A stretch of DNA of 59,487 nt, counting the filler. It is 5 parts of 5 records of this genome, joined end to end, with 100 filler letters (N's around TTAATTAATTAA, not from the genome) between each part and the next. Parts side by side here need not be neighbours in the genome. Positions count along the whole stretch, not along the records: positions 21,833 to 37,220 come from SRR22947727_6015; positions 37,321 to 48,453 come from SRR22947727_6016; 3 more parts are not named here. The stretch is one strand, 5' to 3'. A program made the position numbers and the translations under genes. The notes under the pieces were generated by a model. That model had not been told where the DNA came from. It saw only the letters and a program-made list of their open reading frames with translations, and did not search any database. Shown one piece after another: positions 28,236 through 37,922 of this stretch (its first letter is position 1; each line of letters opens with the position of its first letter).

Positions 28236-30011
28236 ATGAAAATGACAACCGAAGAAGCCTTTGTAAAAACCCTACAAATGCATGGCATAGAGCACGCATT
28301 TGGTATTATCGGCTCGGCCTTCATGCCCATTTCGGATATTTTCCCACAAGCAGGTATCTCTTTCTGGGATTGTGCTCATGAAGGTTCGGGCGGCATGATG
28401 GCCGATGGCTATACCCGCGCCTCTGGCAAAATGTCGATGATGATCGCGCAAAATGGCCCCGGTATTACAAATTTTGTAACCGCCGTAAAAACCGCCTATT
28501 GGAACCACACACCTTTGCTTTTGGTAACGCCGCAAGCCGCCAATAAAACCATTGGGCAAGGTGGGTTTCAGGAAGTGGAGCAGATGGCCCTGTTTGAAGA
28601 TATGGTGGCCTATCAAGAAGAAGTACGCGATGCCAGCCGCGTAGCAGAAGTTCTAAACCGGGTGATATTGAACGCCAAGCGCGCTTCGGCCCCGGCGCAA
28701 ATCAATATGCCGCGCGATTTCTGGACTCAAGTGATCGATATTGACCTACCCGAAATCGTAAGCTTCGAGCGGCCCAATGGCGGCAGCGATGCCATCGCGC
28801 AGGCAGCAGCGCTTCTGGATTCAGCCGCGTTTCCAGTGATTTTAAACGGTGCCGGGGTGATTTTGGCAGATGGGATTGAAGCAAGCAAGAAGCTTGCCGA
28901 GCGCCTCGATGCACCCGTTTGCGTGGGCTATCAGCATAATGACGCCTTCCCCGGCTCGCACCCTCTTTTCGCAGGCCCGCTGGGATATAACGGATCAAAA
29001 GCCGGGATGGAGCTGATTTCAAAGGCGGATGTTGTTTTATGCCTTGGCACCCGCTTGAATCCGTTTTCCACGCTGCCGGGATATGGCATCGATTACTGGC
29101 CAAAAGACGCAAAAATTATTCAGGTTGATATCAATGCGGACCGTATTGGATTGACCAAAAAGGTCAGCGTCGGAATTATTGGCGATGCGAAGAAAGTTGC
29201 CGAAGGCATTTTTGAACAACTCTCGGGATCAGCCGGCGATGCCGGGCGCAGCGATCGCAAAGCCGTCATTGCCCAAACCAAATCTGCTTGGGCGCAACAA
29301 CTTTCGAGCATGGATCACGAAGAAGATGATCCCGGCACCACATGGAACCAGCGTGCGCGCTCTGCCAAGCCCGATTGGATGAGCCCCCGCATGGCCTGGC
29401 GTGCGATCCAAAGCGCTCTGCCCAAAGATGCGGTGATCAGCTCTGATATTGGCAATAATTGCGCGATCGGAAACGCCTATCCCAGCTTTGAAGAAAGCCG
29501 TAAATATCTTGCGCCAGGCTTGTTTGGCCCCTGCGGCTACGGGCTTCCCTCAATCGTTGGTGCCAAAATTGGATGTCCGGATGTGCCCGTTATTGGGTTC
29601 TCGGGCGATGGGGCGTTTGGCATTGCCGTGACCGAGCTAACCGCAATTGGCCGGGGGGAATGGCCCGCCGTCACGATGATCGTTTTCCGGAATTATCAAT
29701 GGGGCGCAGAAAAGCGTAACTCAACTCTGTGGTACGAAGATAACTTCGTGGGAACCGAGCTTGATACGCAAGTATCTTATGCCGGTATCGCGCAAGCATG
29801 CGGTCTGCAAGGCGTTCAAGCCCACACGATGGATGATTTGCGCGATGCATTAAACAAAGCGGTTGAGGATCAAATGAAACATGGCAAAACCACCCTGATT
29901 GAGGCCATGATCAACCAAGAACTGGGCGAACCGTTCCGCCGCGATGCGATGAAGAAACCGGTTGCGGTTGCGGGCATTAGCGCCTCGGATATGCGACCAC
30001 AAACCGTCTAA
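28236..30011 (+). CDS. xsc: sulfoacetaldehyde acetyltransferase
   Basis: MKMTTEEAFVK, FGIIGSA, CAHEG, ThDP motif GDGAFG...N, QWGAEKRN, LGEPFRRDAM. Confidence 0.96.
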   Translation: MKMTTEEAFVKTLQMHGIEHAFGIIGSAFMPISDIFPQAGISFWDCAHEGSGGMMADGYTRASGKMSMMIAQNGPGITNFVTAVKTAYWNHTPLLLVTPQAANKTIGQGGFQEVEQMALFEDMVAYQEEVRDASRVAEVLNRVILNAKRASAPAQINMPRDFWTQVIDIDLPEIVSFERPNGGSDAIAQAAALLDSAAFPVILNGAGVILADGIEASKKLAERLDAPVCVGYQHNDAFPGSHPLFAGPLGYNGSKAGMELISKADVVLCLGTRLNPFSTLPGYGIDYWPKDAKIIQVDINADRIGLTKKVSVGIIGDAKKVAEGIFEQLSGSAGDAGRSDRKAVIAQTKSAWAQQLSSMDHEEDDPGTTWNQRARSAKPDWMSPRMAWRAIQSALPKDAVISSDIGNNCAIGNAYPSFEESRKYLAPGLFGPCGYGLPSIVGAKIGCPDVPVIGFSGDGAFGIAVTELTAIGRGEWPAVTMIVFRNYQWGAEKRNSTLWYEDNFVGTELDTQVSYAGIAQACGLQGVQAHTMDDLRDALNKAVEDQMKHGKTTLIEAMINQELGEPFRRDAMKKPVAVAGISASDMRPQTV

Positions 30012-30021
30012 ACCAAAGGAA

Positions 30022-30108
30022 ACGCCCCCAGCGGGGCGTCTCAGGCCTTTGTGATAAAATTTCCGCCGGTGGGCTTGTTTTGGGCATGCACCAAAATCCA
30101 TCGGCGGA
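30022..30108 (+). other. two stem-loops in the xsc-ackA spacer
   Basis: ACGCCCC-CAGC-GGGGCGT; TCCGCCGGTGG/CCATCGGCGGA enclosing TTTTGG/CCAAAA. Confidence 0.55.
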
Positions 30109-30136
30109 GACCAATTTTATTGAGAGGAAGCAGATC

Positions 30137-31297
30137 ATGCCGAAAGCCAAAGAGACCGCTTTGATATTGGTTTTAAACGCGGGATCCTCTTCCATTAAAT
30201 TTGCCGTTTTTGATATCGAACTCCGACAAGAAATTGGTGGCATTGTTGAAGGGATCGGCGGAGCCTCAACGATCAAGATCGCCGATCAATCGCGCGCGAT
30301 ACCCTTCATCGATCACAAATCAGCGCTCAGCGGTATCTTATCCGCATTGGCCGAAAATCATTACGGCTTAGAGCGATTTTCGGCGGCAGCGCACCGGGTG
30401 GTGCACGGCGGGCGCAAGCTAACCGCTCCGGTGCGCCTTACCCCAGATATCCGCGTTGAAATTGGTAATTGCACGCCTCTTGCACCTTTGCACAACCCGC
30501 ATAATCTGGCCGCCATTAACACCTTGGCCGAACTGGCGCCCGACCTGCCCCAATATGCCAGCTTTGACACCTCGTTCCACGCAAGCAACCCAGAAGTTGC
30601 CACGCGCTATGCGATTCCCCGGATGATCGAAACCAAAGGCATCCGGCGCTACGGGTTTCACGGGTTGTCCTTTTCCTCATTGGTGCGTCAGTTGCCGCAT
30701 ATATCAGGAGAAAAGCTTCCCTCGCGTTTACTAGCCTTTCATTTGGGAAATGGTGCCAGCCTCTGCGCGATTAGAAACGGCCAATCTGTTGCCACCACGA
30801 TGGGATATTCACCGCTCGATGGCTTGACCATGGGCACCCGCTCAGGCGGGATCGATGCAAATGCGGTTTTGCGCCTAGTGGAAGATAATGGCCTTGATCG
30901 AACCAAAGCGATCCTAAACCATGAAAGCGGCTTGCTTGGATTGTCGGGCGGTAAATCAGATATGCGCAATTTGATGCTGGATCCAAGCGCTGACAGTGCC
31001 TTTGCCATCGAACATTTCTGCTATTGGTCTTTGCGCCATGCCGGATCCTTAATCGCAGCCATGGAGGGGCTTGATGCGATTGCTTTCACCGGCGGGATTG
31101 GTGAAAACGCTCTCGGGGTCCGCGCGCGGATTTTGCGGGGTTTGGAATGGGCTGGCGTGCGGATGAACCCAGATGCAAATCATGGTCACAAGCCGCGCTT
31201 GCAGGCGGAAAGTTCAAAAGTATCAATATGGGTTGTACCCGCCAAAGAAGAAGAAACTATCGCCGCAGATGCACTGGCGCTGATTCAGGCGCAATAG
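30137..31297 (+). CDS. ackA: acetate kinase
   Basis: LVLNAGSSSIKF, HRVVHGG, APLHNP, FDTSFH, RRYGFHGLS, HLGNGAS, MGTRSG, FTGGIGEN; GAGAGG RBS. Confidence 0.95.
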   Translation: MPKAKETALILVLNAGSSSIKFAVFDIELRQEIGGIVEGIGGASTIKIADQSRAIPFIDHKSALSGILSALAENHYGLERFSAAAHRVVHGGRKLTAPVRLTPDIRVEIGNCTPLAPLHNPHNLAAINTLAELAPDLPQYASFDTSFHASNPEVATRYAIPRMIETKGIRRYGFHGLSFSSLVRQLPHISGEKLPSRLLAFHLGNGASLCAIRNGQSVATTMGYSPLDGLTMGTRSGGIDANAVLRLVEDNGLDRTKAILNHESGLLGLSGGKSDMRNLMLDPSADSAFAIEHFCYWSLRHAGSLIAAMEGLDAIAFTGGIGENALGVRARILRGLEWAGVRMNPDANHGHKPRLQAESSKVSIWVVPAKEEETIAADALALIQAQ

Positions 31298-31302
31298 ATG
31301 TT

Positions 31303-32154
31303 TTACCCCAGTGCCACAGTCACCGCCGTTGCTGCTACAATATCCGACACGCTGGCCCCGCGACTAAGATCACAAACCGGTTTTGAAAACCCTTGTAACA
31401 TTGGCCCGATCGCCTGCGCGCCGGCCAGTTCTTGGGCCAGTTTATATGCAATATTGCCGGCATTAAGATCGGGAAAAATCAATACATTGGCCTGCCCTTG
31501 GCCCAATGATTTTTTCGCTGCAATCGCGGGGTTTAGCGCCGCATCAGCTTGGATTGGACCCAAAAAACCCGTTTCTTGGGCGGCAGCGGCGACCAAATCA
31601 ACGCTTTCTCCGCTGCCCGACGCCCCCGTTGAAAAGGAGAGCAACGCCATATCAACGCGGTCCAGCAAGGCCTTAGCAGATTGTTCAGACGCACGCGCAA
31701 TATCCGCCAATTGTCCCGCATCAGGGGCTAGGTTCAGCGCGCAATCGGCAAAAATCATATCGCGGCCATCAGGGAAAAGCATCAGAAAGAATGAAGAAGG
31801 CGTGCGCACCCCAGGGCGCAGCCCGATCACAATGCTGGCCGCTTCAATCACCCGTTTTGTTGGACTGTCAGCGCCAGCCACCATCGCATCCGCCGCCCCC
31901 GAGGCCACCATCGCGGCAGCTCTAAACAAAGGCTTGGCCAACATTCGCCTGGCAATCGCTTCTTTCAACCCGCGGCGTTCAACCAAACCAGCGACCATCG
32001 CATCGCTCACAGGGCGTAGTGGAACCGGATCCGCCAGCCCCTTTGCGCGCAGCTGTTGCGCCGCTTCGGCAATCCGCGGATCTTCTATTTCCGGCAACAC
32101 CACCCGCGCGGCACGCGCTTTCGCGCGGTCAAATATATTTTCAAGAACCGACAT
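31303..32154 (-). CDS. pta: phosphate acetyltransferase (compact, 283 aa), opposite strand to its neighbours
   Basis: VVLPE, SSFFLM, FADCA, LLSFST, GPIQADAAL, ANVLIFPDLNAGNIAYK, DLSRG; GGAGG RBS. Confidence 0.92.
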   Translation of the reverse strand: MSVLENIFDRAKARAARVVLPEIEDPRIAEAAQQLRAKGLADPVPLRPVSDAMVAGLVERRGLKEAIARRMLAKPLFRAAAMVASGAADAMVAGADSPTKRVIEAASIVIGLRPGVRTPSSFFLMLFPDGRDMIFADCALNLAPDAGQLADIARASEQSAKALLDRVDMALLSFSTGASGSGESVDLVAAAAQETGFLGPIQADAALNPAIAAKKSLGQGQANVLIFPDLNAGNIAYKLAQELAGAQAIGPMLQGFSKPVCDLSRGASVSDIVAATAVTVALG

Positions 32155-32187
32155 GATGACCTCCATCTGTCGAGCAAGGAGCCTAAA

Positions 32188-33321
32188 ATGAGCACAGACG
32201 TCAAGATCAACCGTGGTCTAAAAAGTATTTATTTTGAAAGATCTGGCGTAAGCCATATTGACGGCGCCAAGGGCGAGCTCAGTTACCGCGGCTATTCAAT
32301 CCATGATTTGGCCACCAAATCTACCTTTGAAGAGGTCAGCTATCTTTTGATCTATGGGGAATTGCCGACACCGCCCCAACTGGCAGAGTTTGATCACAAA
32401 TTGAAAGCGGCGCGCCAATTGCCCCCGGCAGTGTATGAGATCATCAAAGCAGCCAGCGCCGGGCACCCGATGGATGTATTGCGCACCGCCGTATCAAGCT
32501 TGGCCGCGTTAGAGCCCGACAGCCAAAAAGTCAGCGAAGAAGATTTTGTCGAAAATGGTATCCGCCTGACCTCACAAGTGCCGATGATCATCGCTGCGCA
32601 TGAAAATATCCGCAAAGGGCGCCACCCTATTGCGGCGGATCCAACCCTGAGCCATGCCGCCAATTGGTTATGGATGTTGAAGGGGGAAGTGCCCTCTGAA
32701 GATGCGGCAAGATTGGCAGATGTCGATTTTATCCTTCATGCTGAGCATGGCAGCAATGCCAGCAGCTTCGCCGCCCGCGTCACCATCGGAACCGAAGCCA
32801 ATTTGCATGGCGCCATCGTCACTGCGCTGTCCACGCTGGCGGGGCCGGCGCATGGCGGCGCGGCAGAAGATGTGATGAAAATGGTGCAGGAAATCGGCAC
32901 CCCCGAGAATGCGGCCGCATATGTTAAAGAGAAACGCGGCAAACGTGAGCCGGTGACCGGATTTGGCCACCGCGTTTATCGCGCCGAGGATCCGCGCGCG
33001 CGTCACATGCGCGAAGGTGTGCGTAAATTGGGCGAAGAAATGGGCGCACCGGAATGGTATGAAATATTGCAGGGCGTGGTTGGCGCGATGAAACCCTATG
33101 CGCGCCATGGGCTAAACGTGAATGTCGATTTCTATTCAGGCGTGATTTACCAGCTGCACGGTATTCCAATGGATCTTTACGTTCCAATTTTTGCCATTGG
33201 CCGCATGCCAGGATGGATAATCCAATGCGTTGAACAATTGCAGGGAAACATTTTAATACGGCCGCTGACCTTGTATAATGGCCCGGAAATGCGCAACTAT
33301 GTGAGCCTTGATGATCGATAG
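32188..33321 (+). CDS. citrate / 2-methylcitrate synthase (short type)
   Basis: [55 protein letters not shown]. Confidence 0.92.
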   Translation: MSTDVKINRGLKSIYFERSGVSHIDGAKGELSYRGYSIHDLATKSTFEEVSYLLIYGELPTPPQLAEFDHKLKAARQLPPAVYEIIKAASAGHPMDVLRTAVSSLAALEPDSQKVSEEDFVENGIRLTSQVPMIIAAHENIRKGRHPIAADPTLSHAANWLWMLKGEVPSEDAARLADVDFILHAEHGSNASSFAARVTIGTEANLHGAIVTALSTLAGPAHGGAAEDVMKMVQEIGTPENAAAYVKEKRGKREPVTGFGHRVYRAEDPRARHMREGVRKLGEEMGAPEWYEILQGVVGAMKPYARHGLNVNVDFYSGVIYQLHGIPMDLYVPIFAIGRMPGWIIQCVEQLQGNILIRPLTLYNGPEMRNYVSLDDR

Positions 33322-33379
33322 AACTGCATCATATCAACGTTGTGAGGGGCTTTGTTGCTTCGCAGGGTCAGCCGCTTAA

Positions 33380-34141
33380 ATGTTTGAAACCTTAAGCAGC
33401 GCGCTGGCTCTTACAATGGCAGATATAATCGCGCTGGCGCTAATTTGTTTTGCCGCCGGACTGGTGCGCGGCTTCTCTGGCTTTGCGCTTTCGGCTGTGG
33501 CCATGGCCTCTGCGGCCAGCTTTATTCCACCTGTCGAATTAATTCCTTTATGTTGGTGGCTGGAAATCGCAGCAAGCGCGCTTTTAATTCGAGGCAATTG
33601 GCAAAATGCCCAGAAAAAAACTGTTTTACGGCTTTCGATTGGCACTTTGATTGGGCTGCCTTTGGGCCTGCTTCTCACCACGAATGTGCCTGTAGCACTG
33701 TCGCAGAATATCGCCTTGCTGCTGATCATGGTGCTTGCGACGCTGCTGCTGATTGGTCTGCGCCTGGAAGCGTTGCACAAACCCCTTGGAACGGTTTTTG
33801 CCGGGATCGGCGCTGGCTTGGGCACGGGATTGGCCAGCGTGGGGGGCATGGTGGTCGCAATTTTCATGCTGTCTTTTCAAGGCTCGGCCACAACCATGCG
33901 CGCAACGGTCATCTTATTTTTGCTACTCAGCAGCGGCCTCAGCGTGGCAAATTATTTTTTATTTGATGTCATGACCCAAATCGCCGTGTTTCGCGGTATA
34001 TTTTTTATTATTCCGGCAATAATCGGGGTGCATCTTGGAACGAAACTCTTTATCCCGAAATGGGAACATTTTTACCGACCCTTTTGTTTGACCCTGCTGA
34101 TCATCTTGTCAGGCACGGGATTGGTAAGACTCATCGCGTAA
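33380..34141 (+). CDS. tauE: sulfite exporter TauE/SafE family membrane protein
   Basis: AGLVRGFSGF start, about 8 hydrophobic segments; located in a sulfonate cluster. Confidence 0.78.
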   Translation: MFETLSSALALTMADIIALALICFAAGLVRGFSGFALSAVAMASAASFIPPVELIPLCWWLEIAASALLIRGNWQNAQKKTVLRLSIGTLIGLPLGLLLTTNVPVALSQNIALLLIMVLATLLLIGLRLEALHKPLGTVFAGIGAGLGTGLASVGGMVVAIFMLSFQGSATTMRATVILFLLLSSGLSVANYFLFDVMTQIAVFRGIFFIIPAIIGVHLGTKLFIPKWEHFYRPFCLTLLIILSGTGLVRLIA

Positions 34142-34158
34142 AATCAGGAAAGCGTCAC

Positions 34159-36963
34159 ATGAAAGACCAACCATATCTGGACACATCGCCAAAAGTCTCA
34201 GACGAAATACGGAAAACCACCTGTTACATGTGCGCGTGCCGCTGCGGCATCAACGTTCATATGAAAGAGGGGAAAGTTGCCTATATCGAGGGCAATCGTG
34301 ACCACCCTGTGAACAAAGGCGTTTTATGCGCCAAAGGCAGCGCCGGCATTATGCAGGTGAATGCCCCGTCTCGCTTAAACGCGCCGCTCAAACGCGTTGG
34401 GCCCCGCGGTTCTGGCCAGTTTGAGGAAATAAGCTGGGATGAGGCGCTCGATATGGCGGCGGGCTGGCTCAAACCAATCCGCGACGAAAATCCTGAAAAG
34501 TTGGCCTTTTTTACGGGCCGTGATCAATCGCAAAGCTTTACCAGCTTCTGGGCTCAAAATTTTGGCACCCCGAATTATGCGGCGCATGGCGGCTTTTGCA
34601 GCGTCAATATGGCGGCGGCAGGCATCTACACAATGGGCGGTGCATTTTGGGAGTTTGGTCAACCAGATTGGGACCATACCAAATTGTTTATGCTCTTTGG
34701 CGTGGCCGAAGATCATGACAGTAATCCAATCAAAATGGGCCTTGGCAAGTTAAAAGAACGCGGCGCCAAAGTGATTGGCGTTAATCCCATCCGCACTGGC
34801 TATAACGCTGTTGCCGATGAATGGGTGGGCATTACCCCGGGCACGGATGGGTTGTTCATCCTTTCGTTGATCCATGAACTGTTAAAAGCGGGCAGAATTG
34901 ATCTGCATTATCTGTCACAATATACAAATGCGCCGGTTTTGCTGGATGCGGAAACCGGGCTTTTGATGCGCGATGAAAATGGCAAAGAACTGGTCATTGA
35001 TCGCAGCACAAAAAAACCCGCCCCCTTCGATCAAAAAGGCGTAAAACCCGATTTGAACGGCAGCCGCCGTATTGGCGGCACGACGCATCGTACGGTTTTT
35101 CACGCAATGATCGAACGCTATCTTGACCCGCAATATGCCCCCGAAGCTGTGGCCAAAGACGTGGGTATCCCAGCTGGTAAAATTCGTGCTATCGCGAATG
35201 AGCTGGCGCGGGTGGCCTTTGACGAAGCCATTGAGCTGGATCAAGAATGGACCGATTTTCGCGGTGAAACCCATACAAAAATGACCGGGCGGCCCGTCAG
35301 CTTCCACGCGATGCGCGGGATTTCAGCACATTCGAACGGATTTCAAACATGCCGTGCGCTGCATATTTTGCAGATCATTTTGGGCAGCGTCGAAGCCCCG
35401 GGGGGCTTTCGCTTTAAACCCCCCTATCCAAAGCCGGCAACAATCCATCCAAAGCCGCATTGCAAAACCACCCCGGGTGCACCGCTTGACGGTCCGCATC
35501 TGGGTTTTGTGCATGGGCCAGAAGATCTTTGCTTGAAAGAAGATGGCAGCCCGGCGCGGATTGATAAGGCGTTCACCTGGGAAAACCCAATGTCGGCGCA
35601 TGGTTTGATGCATATGGTGATTTCAAACGCGCATGCCGGAGACCCCTATAAGATTGACACATTGTTTATGTATATGGCAAATATGTCGTGGAATAGCTCG
35701 ATGAACACCCGTGGCGTGATCGATATGCTTACCGATCAAGATGAAAACGGCGAGTATGTGATCCCTAGGATCATTTATTCGGATGCGTATTCTTCTGAAA
35801 TGGTTGCCTATGCCGATCTGATCCTGCCCGATGCAACTTATCTAGAGCGCCATGATTGCATCAGCCTGCTTGACCGCCCGATTTGTGAGGCCGACGGATT
35901 GGCGGATGCAATCCGCTGGCCGGTGATCGAGCCCGACCGCGATGTGCGCGGCTTCCAATCCGTGCTCTGCGAGCTTGGCGCAAAACTGGATCTACCAGGC
36001 TTTGTGAATGAGGATGGCACCCAGAAATACGCCGATTATGGAGATTACATCGTATCGCATGAGCGCAAACCGGGCATTGGCCCATTGGCAGGCTTTCGCG
36101 GCGATGGCAGCGATTCCGGGCGCGGAGCGCCAAATCCAAAACAGCTTGAGCGCTATATCGAAAATGGTGGTTTTTTCGTTGAGCATGTTCCCGAAGGTGC
36201 CAATTACTATAAGCCTTGGAACAGCGCCTATCAGGATTGGGCCGTGAAAATGGGCATTATTGACAGCCCGCAACCCTATTTATTTCAACTCTATGTCGAG
36301 CCAATGCGTAAATTCCAACGCGCGGCAGAAGGCCATGGCGACAGACAACCGCCAGAGCATCTGCGCGATCGGATCAAAGAAACGCTGGATCCCCTGCCAA
36401 TTTGGTATGCGCCCGCAGAGGATTCGCATATCGACCTGACAGAATATCCGATCCATGCCTTAACCCAGCGCCCAATGGCGATGTATCATAGCTGGGGTAC
36501 GCAAAATGCCTGGTTAAGGCAGATCCATGGGATGAACCCGCTATATTTGCCGAGCAAATTGATGCAAGAAAATAACTTGATTGATGGCGAATGGGCAAAA
36601 GTAAGCTCAGTCCATGGCAATATTACTGTCCCGGTGATGGAAATGGCCGCGTTAAACGAAAATACCGTCTGGACATGGAACGCGATTGGCAAGCGCAAAG
36701 GGGCCTGGGCTCTGGACGAACAAGCCCCCGAAGCCACCAAAGGGTTTCTGCTCAACCATCTGATCCACGAGCTACTCCCCCCCAAGGGCGATGGTTTGCG
36801 GTGGGCCAATTCAGACCCGATCACGGGGCAAGCCGCGTGGTTTGATTTGCGCGTGAAAATTGAAAAAGCACCGCCGCCAAGCGAAAGCCAACCGGCTTTA
36901 CCCACACTGAACTCTCCTGTTCAGCCAGGACCGAAAAATCTAGAATGGAAGGTGGGAGAATGA
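34159..36963 (+). CDS. soeA: cytoplasmic sulfite dehydrogenase molybdopterin subunit
   Basis: CYMCACRC...LCAKG 4Fe-4S motif, AHGGFCSVN, MRGISAH, MYHSWG; no Tat signal; downstream of xsc. Confidence 0.88.
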   Translation: MKDQPYLDTSPKVSDEIRKTTCYMCACRCGINVHMKEGKVAYIEGNRDHPVNKGVLCAKGSAGIMQVNAPSRLNAPLKRVGPRGSGQFEEISWDEALDMAAGWLKPIRDENPEKLAFFTGRDQSQSFTSFWAQNFGTPNYAAHGGFCSVNMAAAGIYTMGGAFWEFGQPDWDHTKLFMLFGVAEDHDSNPIKMGLGKLKERGAKVIGVNPIRTGYNAVADEWVGITPGTDGLFILSLIHELLKAGRIDLHYLSQYTNAPVLLDAETGLLMRDENGKELVIDRSTKKPAPFDQKGVKPDLNGSRRIGGTTHRTVFHAMIERYLDPQYAPEAVAKDVGIPAGKIRAIANELARVAFDEAIELDQEWTDFRGETHTKMTGRPVSFHAMRGISAHSNGFQTCRALHILQIILGSVEAPGGFRFKPPYPKPATIHPKPHCKTTPGAPLDGPHLGFVHGPEDLCLKEDGSPARIDKAFTWENPMSAHGLMHMVISNAHAGDPYKIDTLFMYMANMSWNSSMNTRGVIDMLTDQDENGEYVIPRIIYSDAYSSEMVAYADLILPDATYLERHDCISLLDRPICEADGLADAIRWPVIEPDRDVRGFQSVLCELGAKLDLPGFVNEDGTQKYADYGDYIVSHERKPGIGPLAGFRGDGSDSGRGAPNPKQLERYIENGGFFVEHVPEGANYYKPWNSAYQDWAVKMGIIDSPQPYLFQLYVEPMRKFQRAAEGHGDRQPPEHLRDRIKETLDPLPIWYAPAEDSHIDLTEYPIHALTQRPMAMYHSWGTQNAWLRQIHGMNPLYLPSKLMQENNLIDGEWAKVSSVHGNITVPVMEMAALNENTVWTWNAIGKRKGAWALDEQAPEATKGFLLNHLIHELLPPKGDGLRWANSDPITGQAAWFDLRVKIEKAPPPSESQPALPTLNSPVQPGPKNLEWKVGE

Positions 36964-37220
36964 CAACCTTACCCACGCAAACCAACCGCAAGCTGGGGCT
37001 TGTGATTGATCTTGATACATGTGTTGGCTGCCATGCCTGCGTGATCAGCTGCAAAGGCTGGAACACTGAAAATTATGGCGCCCCGCTCAGCGATCAAGAT
37101 GCCTATGGCGGCAATCCAAGCGGTACCTTTTTGAACCGCGTACACAGCTATGAAATGCAACCCGAACAGGGCGGCGCGGCGCAATTGGTACATTTTCCAA
37201 AATCCTGCCTGCATTGCGAA
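36960..37220 (+). CDS. soeB: 4Fe-4S subunit of sulfite dehydrogenase (5' part)
   Basis: LVIDLDTCVGCHACVISCK, SCLHCE; ATGA overlap with soeA. Confidence 0.88.
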
Positions 37221-37320
37221 NNNNNNNNNNNNNNNNNNNNNNNNNNNNNNNNNNNNNNNNNNNNTTAATTAATTAANNNNNNNNNNNNNNNNNNNNNNNN
37301 NNNNNNNNNNNNNNNNNNNN
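37221..37320. other. artificial contig spacer
   Basis: N44-TTAATTAATTAA-N44. Confidence 0.98.
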
Positions 37321-37380
37321 CCCCATTTTTCCGCAGCCAAGCAGCACCAAACCACGCTGCGCAATATCTGAAAAATCCAT
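37321..37380 (-). CDS. proC: pyrroline-5-carboxylate reductase (first 20 codons)
   Basis: GGGGAGG RBS then MDFSDIAQRGLVLLGCGKMG, a Rossmann start typical of ProC. Confidence 0.75.
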
Positions 37381-37421
37381 AGCCCTCCCCTATGGGCACT
37401 CTGCCCGAATATAGGAAAAGT

Positions 37422-37922
37422 TTAGGCCCGCCCGTACGCCTCTGCAATAGCCACTTGCATCGCATCTTTCGCCGAATGATCGCCATAAACCACCAGTTGA
37501 AAGGCTGGGTAATACCGCTCGGACGTGGCAACTGCTGACGAAATTAATGTGCTTATTTGATCTGCGCTGGCGACTTGCCCGCCAGACAATAACAACCCAT
37601 AGCGATAAACCATCAAAGATTGCTCGGTCCAATAGGTGAAAGCACCGGCCCAGCATTGATCATTGATTTCGTTCAAGGCCTCGAACAAGACGCCATGTTT
37701 ATGCGCGGGCGGTTCCATCTCAAAAGTGCACACCATGCGCAAGGTTTCATCGTAAGCCGACCAGGCCAAAGTAATAGAATACGTCCGCCAGCGCCCTTCA
37801 ACAGCCATTGCGATTTGATCCTCTGCAATGCGATCGAAATCCCAAGCCTTATGCTCTGCGATATTTTCAACGATGTCGATTGGATGGATATCTTCTTCAA
37901 GAAAGCCTTCGGTCAATGCCAT
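37422..37922 (-). CDS. YbjN domain-containing protein
   Basis: HPIDIVE...WDFDR...ERYYPAFQ...GRA, conserved alphaproteobacterial protein upstream of proC. Confidence 0.82.
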   Translation of the reverse strand: MALTEGFLEEDIHPIDIVENIAEHKAWDFDRIAEDQIAMAVEGRWRTYSITLAWSAYDETLRMVCTFEMEPPAHKHGVLFEALNEINDQCWAGAFTYWTEQSLMVYRYGLLLSGGQVASADQISTLISSAVATSERYYPAFQLVVYGDHSAKDAMQVAIAEAYGRA

